From Bacteriovoracaceae bacterium (GTDB taxonomy: Bacteria > Bdellovibrionota > UBA1018): a DNA stretch of 34,091 nucleotides. Positions 26,719-34,091 of the stretch are shown here, piece after piece; the first letter of the stretch is position 1, and each line of letters begins with the position of its first letter. The notes below the pieces were generated by a model. The model searched no databases. It had not been told where the DNA came from and worked only from the letters and a program-made list of their open reading frames with translations. The stretch lies in contig CANMSW010000001.1 in NCBI GenBank assembly GCA_947500275.1, positions 1 through 34,091 of the forward strand, given 5' to 3'. Both the position numbers and the translations under genes were made by a program.

Positions 26719-27521
26719 CGTCTCCGCCTTGAAATACGTTCTTTAAGTCGAATTCGCCGAATTTGAACCACATTGGGGGTCGGGTAGGTCGATTGAATCG
26801 TCTCAAGAACACTGAGAGCTTGATCGAGCTGGTCGAGTTCCTCCAGAGCCACTGCTATTCCAAAGGTAGCCTCCGGCACCTGGACGCTCTTGGGGTATTT
26901 TTGAGTAAATGCTTCAAAAAGCCTGATCGCTTCGCGGTAAGTCTCTTTTTCCTGGCTCGAAAAACGAGAGCCCGGTCTCTGCTCCCCACGTGTAAGCCAG
27001 ACCATCCCAAGCTGATAAGAAGCTTTCTCGGCCCAAGGAGTTCCAGCGCACTCCTTTTGTATTCTATCGAACACCTCAAGAGCGGAATCAAAAGCCCAAC
27101 CCTGAAAATACGAGTCTGCAATTCTATAGAGGAATTCTGGCACTTCAGGAGCCTGAGGACGAAGGCGGACCAGTTCCTGATAATGCTGAATCGATTCAGA
27201 ATGCTTATCCTGTCGGGTGTAAAGGATTTCTCCTATCTGTTTCCGTGCATCCCAACCCAACCGGGAGTCGCCCTCTTGGTCGACAATGAGCCGGAGCTTC
27301 CGAATCGCTTCGTCATGCTCATTTAGAAAAAGCGTTTGAGTCATGGCGGAACGGAGGAGAGCTCGTCGGCCCAATTCTCCGTCTGGGTCTCTTCGGTTCA
27401 CCCGATCAAACTCGACCACGGCGGCAGCGTAATTCGCTTCGCTCCAAAGCTTCTCTGCCAGCAGATAACGATTCTTTGCCGAGTCGACTGAACAGCCTAC
27501 CCAGAAAAGGGCAAGGGCCAC
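26715..27521 (-). CDS. TPR-repeat lipoprotein (BamD/YbgF-like)
   Basis: 268 aa with a GTG start. Lipobox-like LFWVGC|S at the N-terminus, and repeated TPR-like helical pairs (AEKLWSEANYAAAVVEFDRV..., YRIADSYFQGWAFDSALEVFDRI..., EATFGIAVALEELDQLDQAL...). Confidence 0.55.
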   Translation of the reverse strand: MALALFWVGCSVDSAKNRYLLAEKLWSEANYAAAVVEFDRVNRRDPDGELGRRALLRSAMTQTLFLNEHDEAIRKLRLIVDQEGDSRLGWDARKQIGEILYTRQDKHSESIQHYQELVRLRPQAPEVPEFLYRIADSYFQGWAFDSALEVFDRIQKECAGTPWAEKASYQLGMVWLTRGEQRPGSRFSSQEKETYREAIRLFEAFTQKYPKSVQVPEATFGIAVALEELDQLDQALSVLETIQSTYPTPNVVQIRRIRLKERISRRRR

Positions 27522-27592
27522 CCATGAAAGGGTGACCCTGAGTCTGCCTAATCCTGTGACTTTCCTTTCGGTGTCCCGAAATCTAAACTTGA

Positions 27593-30118
27593 TCAGTGGA
27601 CTGTCTCCCCACTCGAGCCATCCTGAGGGGTCACAACGTCTCCTTCAGTTCCCTCTGCGGCCACGTTACTCTCGGCAAGGTACTCGAACGAAACCACTCG
27701 CTCTCCAGTACCGCTGATATTCATCAAGCGAACTCCCTGAGTGTTTCGACCTTGTTCGGAAATATCTCCTACATGAATTCGAATCATTTGGCCCTTGGTG
27801 GAAACGAGCATGAGGTCGTCCTTAGGAAGCACTTGTCGTGCACCCATGACGTGGCCATTCTTCTCGGTGGTTTTCATCGTAATGATGCCCTTACCACCGC
27901 GGCTCTGATGCCGATAATCGCCAACAGGCGTCCTCTTTCCGTACCCCGATTCGGTAACCGTCAGGATCTCAAACGGCTGCTCTGAGCCTGTTTGAAGAAC
28001 TTCCATCGCTACTACACGATCCCCTTCGTCTAGACTCATTCCGATTACGCCACGCGCGGTCCGCCCCATCGGACGAACATCTGCTTCGCCAAATCGAATC
28101 GACATCCCGTCTTTGGAGCACAGGAAAACATCGTTCGACCCATCGGTCACTTTGGCGCCAACTAGCTCATCGCCTTCATCAATTGAGATCGCAATAATGC
28201 CTGCGTTTCGAACGTTTGAGAATTCTGCGAGCGGCGTCTTCTTAATCACACCGGCCCGAGTGACCATCACGATGTATTCGTTCTCTTTAAATTCGCGAAC
28301 CGGAAGAATCGCCTTAATCTTCTCACCCGACTGGAGTGAAACAAGATTAACAATGGCTTTCCCTTTTGCGACGCGAGTCGCCTCAGGTACTTTGTAAACT
28401 TTAAGCCAATACATCCTGCCCTGATCGGTGAAGCAGAGAAGGAAGCTCAGCGTGTATGTATGGTAGATCGCGGTGACAAAATCTTCGTCACCCGTAGTGA
28501 CGGCACGTATTCCGCGTCCACCGCGTCCCTGACTTCTAAACAAATTAGGGTCAGCGCGTTTAATATACCCAGTGTGCGTGATCGAAACTAAAGCCTCTTC
28601 GTCAGCAATGAGCTCTTCTTCCTCAAACTCATTTAATCCCGACGAGACAATTTCAGTCTTCCTCTTGTCGCCAAAGCGCTCACGGATTTCGAGCAGTTCT
28701 TTCTTGATCACTTCGTATACCAGTCCCTCACTGCCCAGGATCCGCTTTAGCTCTTCAATCAAGGCGAGCACCTGCCGGTATTCGTCTAGGATTTTATCTC
28801 GCTCAAGTCCGGTCAAGCGCTGAAGACGCATATCTAAAATCGCTTGGGCCTGAATCTCAGAGAAGCTGAATCGCGTCATCAATCCTTCGCGCGCCTCATC
28901 CGGTCCTTTGGCGGACTTAATGAGGGCGATGACTTCGTCAATATTCTCAACTGCGCGCTTCAAGCCTTCCAAGATATGGGCCCGCGCTTCGGCTTTCTTC
29001 AGGTCAAAGATTGTTCTGCGAACAACGACATCCTTACGATGTTCGATGAAGGCCCAAATCATGTCTCGGAGATTAAAAGTTTTAGGCTGATTTTGGTGAA
29101 TAGCGAGTAAGTTTATACTGAAGTTATCTTGTAACTGCGTCAGCTTATAGAGCCGATTCAAGATGACGTTTGAGTTTTCGCCCTTCTTGATTTCGACAAC
29201 GATTCGCATACCGGTTCGGTCAGACTCATCGCGAAGATCAGAAATTCCTTCGAGTTTCTTCTCTTTAACCAGATCGGCGATCTTCTCAATCAGTCTTGCC
29301 TTGTTCACTTGATAGGGAATTTCAGTGACAATGATCCGCTCGCGATCACCTTTCCATGTTTCGATCTCGGCACGGGCCCGCATCGTAACAGACCCACGGC
29401 CGGTACGGTAAGCTTCGCGGAGCCCTGAACCTCCAAACATCGTAGCGCCAGTCGGAAAATCCGGCCCTTTCACAAATTGTAGAAGCGCATCGGTTTCGAG
29501 AGCCGGATTATCAATCAGAGCGGTGGTTGCGTCGATCACTTCTGTTAGATTATGAGGCGGAATACTTGTGGCCATGCCAACTGCGATCCCCGCTGAACCG
29601 TTAATGAGCAGATTGGGGATTCTCGTCGGAAGAACGGTCGGTTCGGTCAAGCTATCGTCGTAATTGGGGCCGAAATCGACGGTTTCTTTATCTAAGTCGG
29701 CGAGAAGCTCATCGGTGATCTTTTCCATGCGAACTTCTGTATATCGCATTGCAGCGGGGGAGTCCCCGTCGATCGACCCGAAGTTTCCCTGTCCGTCGAT
29801 CAGGGTATATCGAAGCGAAAAGTCCTGAGCCATTCGAACCATCGTGTCGTAAACGGCGCTGTCACCATGCGGGTGGTATTTACCGATAACATCCCCGACA
29901 ACACGGGCGGACTTTTTGTAAGCCTTACCGAACGTATTTCCTAAATCATACATCGCGTAGAGAACACGTCGATGAACCGGTTTAAGACCATCCCGCACAT
30001 CGGGGAGGGCACGCCCTACGATCACGCTCATTGCATAATCGAGGTAGGCTCCACGCATCTCGTCTTCAATATTGACTACAACAACACTCTTATCGTGACC
30101 GGTTGCTATCTCGCTCAT
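27593..30118 (-). CDS. gyrA: DNA gyrase subunit A
   Basis: 841 aa. Contains KPVHRRVLY, the QRDR motif [10 protein letters not shown], the catalytic-Tyr motif [10 protein letters not shown], and a C-terminal beta-pinwheel region with an acidic tail. Confidence 0.97.
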   Translation of the reverse strand: MSEIATGHDKSVVVVNIEDEMRGAYLDYAMSVIVGRALPDVRDGLKPVHRRVLYAMYDLGNTFGKAYKKSARVVGDVIGKYHPHGDSAVYDTMVRMAQDFSLRYTLIDGQGNFGSIDGDSPAAMRYTEVRMEKITDELLADLDKETVDFGPNYDDSLTEPTVLPTRIPNLLINGSAGIAVGMATSIPPHNLTEVIDATTALIDNPALETDALLQFVKGPDFPTGATMFGGSGLREAYRTGRGSVTMRARAEIETWKGDRERIIVTEIPYQVNKARLIEKIADLVKEKKLEGISDLRDESDRTGMRIVVEIKKGENSNVILNRLYKLTQLQDNFSINLLAIHQNQPKTFNLRDMIWAFIEHRKDVVVRRTIFDLKKAEARAHILEGLKRAVENIDEVIALIKSAKGPDEAREGLMTRFSFSEIQAQAILDMRLQRLTGLERDKILDEYRQVLALIEELKRILGSEGLVYEVIKKELLEIRERFGDKRKTEIVSSGLNEFEEEELIADEEALVSITHTGYIKRADPNLFRSQGRGGRGIRAVTTGDEDFVTAIYHTYTLSFLLCFTDQGRMYWLKVYKVPEATRVAKGKAIVNLVSLQSGEKIKAILPVREFKENEYIVMVTRAGVIKKTPLAEFSNVRNAGIIAISIDEGDELVGAKVTDGSNDVFLCSKDGMSIRFGEADVRPMGRTARGVIGMSLDEGDRVVAMEVLQTGSEQPFEILTVTESGYGKRTPVGDYRHQSRGGKGIITMKTTEKNGHVMGARQVLPKDDLMLVSTKGQMIRIHVGDISEQGRNTQGVRLMNISGTGERVVSFEYLAESNVAAEGTEGDVVTPQDGSSGETVH

Positions 30119-30155
30119 CAGTCGATTTCCCTTTATGACCGGTTAAAAAAATTGA

Positions 30156-31169
30156 TCACCATTTGAAGATTGCCGATGCCCACGTAAACCCGCTTCCAAA
30201 CGCAGCCATCGCCACGGTCATACCTGGTTTTAACTTTCCAGCGCGGATGGCCTCGTCCATTCCGATCGGCAATGTGGCGGCCGTCGTATTTCCAAATCGC
30301 TCAATGGTGTTAAAAACTTTCTCTTCTGGAATTTCTAATTGTTTAGCCACCATCTCATTGATGCGAAGGTTGGCTTGGTGGAAGAGGAATAAATCGATGT
30401 CTTCGATTTTGAGTGAGTTCTTATTTAAGGCCTCGTGAATCGCTTCAGGCATTCTCCGAACAGCATGCATGAATACGGTTTTCCCGTTCATTTTCGGATA
30501 ATGTCCGCCTTCCGCCAAAATTTCCGCAGACAACCGAGGTCCATCATTCGCTTGCGTCGGTGCTTCAATCCAAAGTTCCTTAGCGAACGCTCCGTCCGCG
30601 TGAAGGTGAGTGGAAAGGATATGAGGACCGGACAAGTCAGAAGTAGCCCCTATTACTACAGCCCCGGCTCCATCCCCGAAAAGAACAGCAACATCTCGAC
30701 CGCGCGTCGTTTTATCGAGACCCTTTGAGTGAATCTCAGATCCCACCAGAAGAACCTTTTTTGCCATCCCGCCACGGATGAACTGGTCAGCGATCGAAAG
30801 ACCGTAGACGAAACCACTGCATTGCTGCCTGATATCGATCGCGGGACATCCAGAAATGCCAAGCTTAGCTTGTAGAAAACACGCTGATCCCGGGAAATCA
30901 TGATCAGGACTCAAAGTTGCAAAAAGGATCATATCGATCTCTTCTTTGACCACCCCAGCCGCCGCCATTGCCTTTTTTGCGGCCTCAAGTGCGAGATCTG
31001 ACGTTGATGTCGTTCCCTCGACCCAGTGACGCTGCCTAATGCCCGTTCGTTGATGGATCCACTCATCCGAAGTATCCATCAACTTTTGCAGATCGTCGTT
31101 CTTCCAAACTCGAGGTGGAACGTAGGAACCAACACCTAAAATTTTTGACCGAACTTCCTGATGCGTCAT
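30156..31169 (-). CDS. fabH: Beta-ketoacyl-ACP synthase III family protein (FabH-like)
   Basis: 337 aa from MTHQEV (ATG at 31169). The track ORF extends to a TTG at 31229, inside gyrB. The Cys-His-Asn triad motifs are QQCSGFVYGL, FHQANLRI and FGNTTAATLP, with C-terminal AFGSGFTWASAIFKW. Confidence 0.85.
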   Translation of the reverse strand: MTHQEVRSKILGVGSYVPPRVWKNDDLQKLMDTSDEWIHQRTGIRQRHWVEGTTSTSDLALEAAKKAMAAAGVVKEEIDMILFATLSPDHDFPGSACFLQAKLGISGCPAIDIRQQCSGFVYGLSIADQFIRGGMAKKVLLVGSEIHSKGLDKTTRGRDVAVLFGDGAGAVVIGATSDLSGPHILSTHLHADGAFAKELWIEAPTQANDGPRLSAEILAEGGHYPKMNGKTVFMHAVRRMPEAIHEALNKNSLKIEDIDLFLFHQANLRINEMVAKQLEIPEEKVFNTIERFGNTTAATLPIGMDEAIRAGKLKPGMTVAMAAFGSGFTWASAIFKW

Positions 31170-31188
31170 AAATTTTTCTCCGTAAAAA

Positions 31189-33654
<2,466 letters not shown>

Positions 33655-33728
33655 TCAATTTGAAAAATACGATTTCGACATCTCTTTATTGAACGATCAA
33701 AAATTATTTATAGCACTATCGCTCAAAA

Positions 33729-34091
33729 TCATTTCGAATCATCGAAACTAATTGGCCGACATTGCCCCCCAGCAACTTCAAATTTTTTTCCTGCAGCTAC
33801 TTTTTGATCAGTCGTAGTCACAAAAACTTGAAGCCCTGATTCAGCAAGAAAACGGAGAAGAAAATTCCTTCTCTCCTCATCAAGCTCCGAAGAAAAATCA
33901 TCCAAAAGAAAGAGCGGTCGATGACCGCACCGATCATGGAACTGATTTACCTCAGATATCTTAAACGCAAGTAAAGCCGATCTCACTTCTCCTTGGGACA
34001 CATGCGACTGCATTGACTGTCCACCCAAGGTGAACTGCCAATCGTCTCGATGAGGACCCACCATCGAGGACCTATTCCTTAGTTCAAGTCC
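33729..34091 (-). CDS. recF: DNA replication/repair protein RecF, C-terminal part; ORF is open to the right edge
   Basis: Contains GPHRDDWQF, SQGEVRSALLAFK and the Walker B motif PLFLLDDFSSELD. The frame has no stop between 34064 and 34091 (GLELRNRSS precedes the listed Met). Classic recF-gyrB order. Confidence 0.88.
   Translation of the reverse strand, partial: GLELRNRSSMVGPHRDDWQFTLGGQSMQSHVSQGEVRSALLAFKISEVNQFHDRCGHRPLFLLDDFSSELDEERRNFLLRFLAESGLQVFVTTTDQKVAAGKKFEVAGGQCRPISFDDSK

Noticed and set aside
26763-27326. A 187-aa plus-strand ORF opposite the TPR lipoprotein gene.
   Set aside because: The minus-strand frame has a lipobox, TPR periodicity and operon coupling. The plus-strand frame has none of these.

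Overview
This is a chromosomal, origin-proximal housekeeping window (recF-gyrB at the right edge) from a Gram-negative bacterium. Gene order looks deltaproteobacterial or Bdellovibrionota-like, but that is unverified. Coding density is about 95% and I saw no rRNA, tRNA, CRISPR or mobile elements.

Minus strand, read right to left:
- recF(partial)-gyrB-fabH-like-gyrA
- a TPR lipoprotein followed by a partial Fo operon (atpZ-like, atpI-like, atpB, atpE) ending in a strong terminator
- an 11-gene complex I-like operon, nuoA-B-C-D-H-I-J-K-L-M-N with no E/F/G, ending in a terminator
- a 264-nt spacer, then the start of a second, canonical operon, nuoA-B-C-D-E(partial)

Plus strand: a co-directional, largely stop/start-overlapping block of mfd, a parvulin PPIase, a surA-like gene, pdxA, a phosphohexomutase and uvrA.

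The main lead is the extra 11-gene Nuo-like operon at 3310-13651.
- All 11 ORFs are intact and tightly coupled.
- The Fe-S cysteines of NuoB (N2) and NuoI (2x[4Fe-4S]) are retained.
- By eye, NuoD has lost both canonical quinone-ligand residues (His and Tyr) and has no NiFe-type cysteines.
- Nearly all conserved protonatable residues of the membrane arm are substituted, in NuoK, L, M, N, H, A and J.
- The canonical nuoA-D copies next door keep these residues.
- This suggests a complex I derivative with unknown electron donor, acceptor and coupling chemistry.

Secondary leads:
- UvrA lacks the roughly 90-110 aa insertion domain and has a basic N-terminal extension.
- A KAS III (fabH-like) gene is wedged between gyrB and gyrA.
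- The ATP synthase c-subunit has a signal-peptide-like N-terminus.
- NuoC2 carries an (HD)4 hexanucleotide repeat.

All alignments were done by eye from motifs and need computational confirmation.
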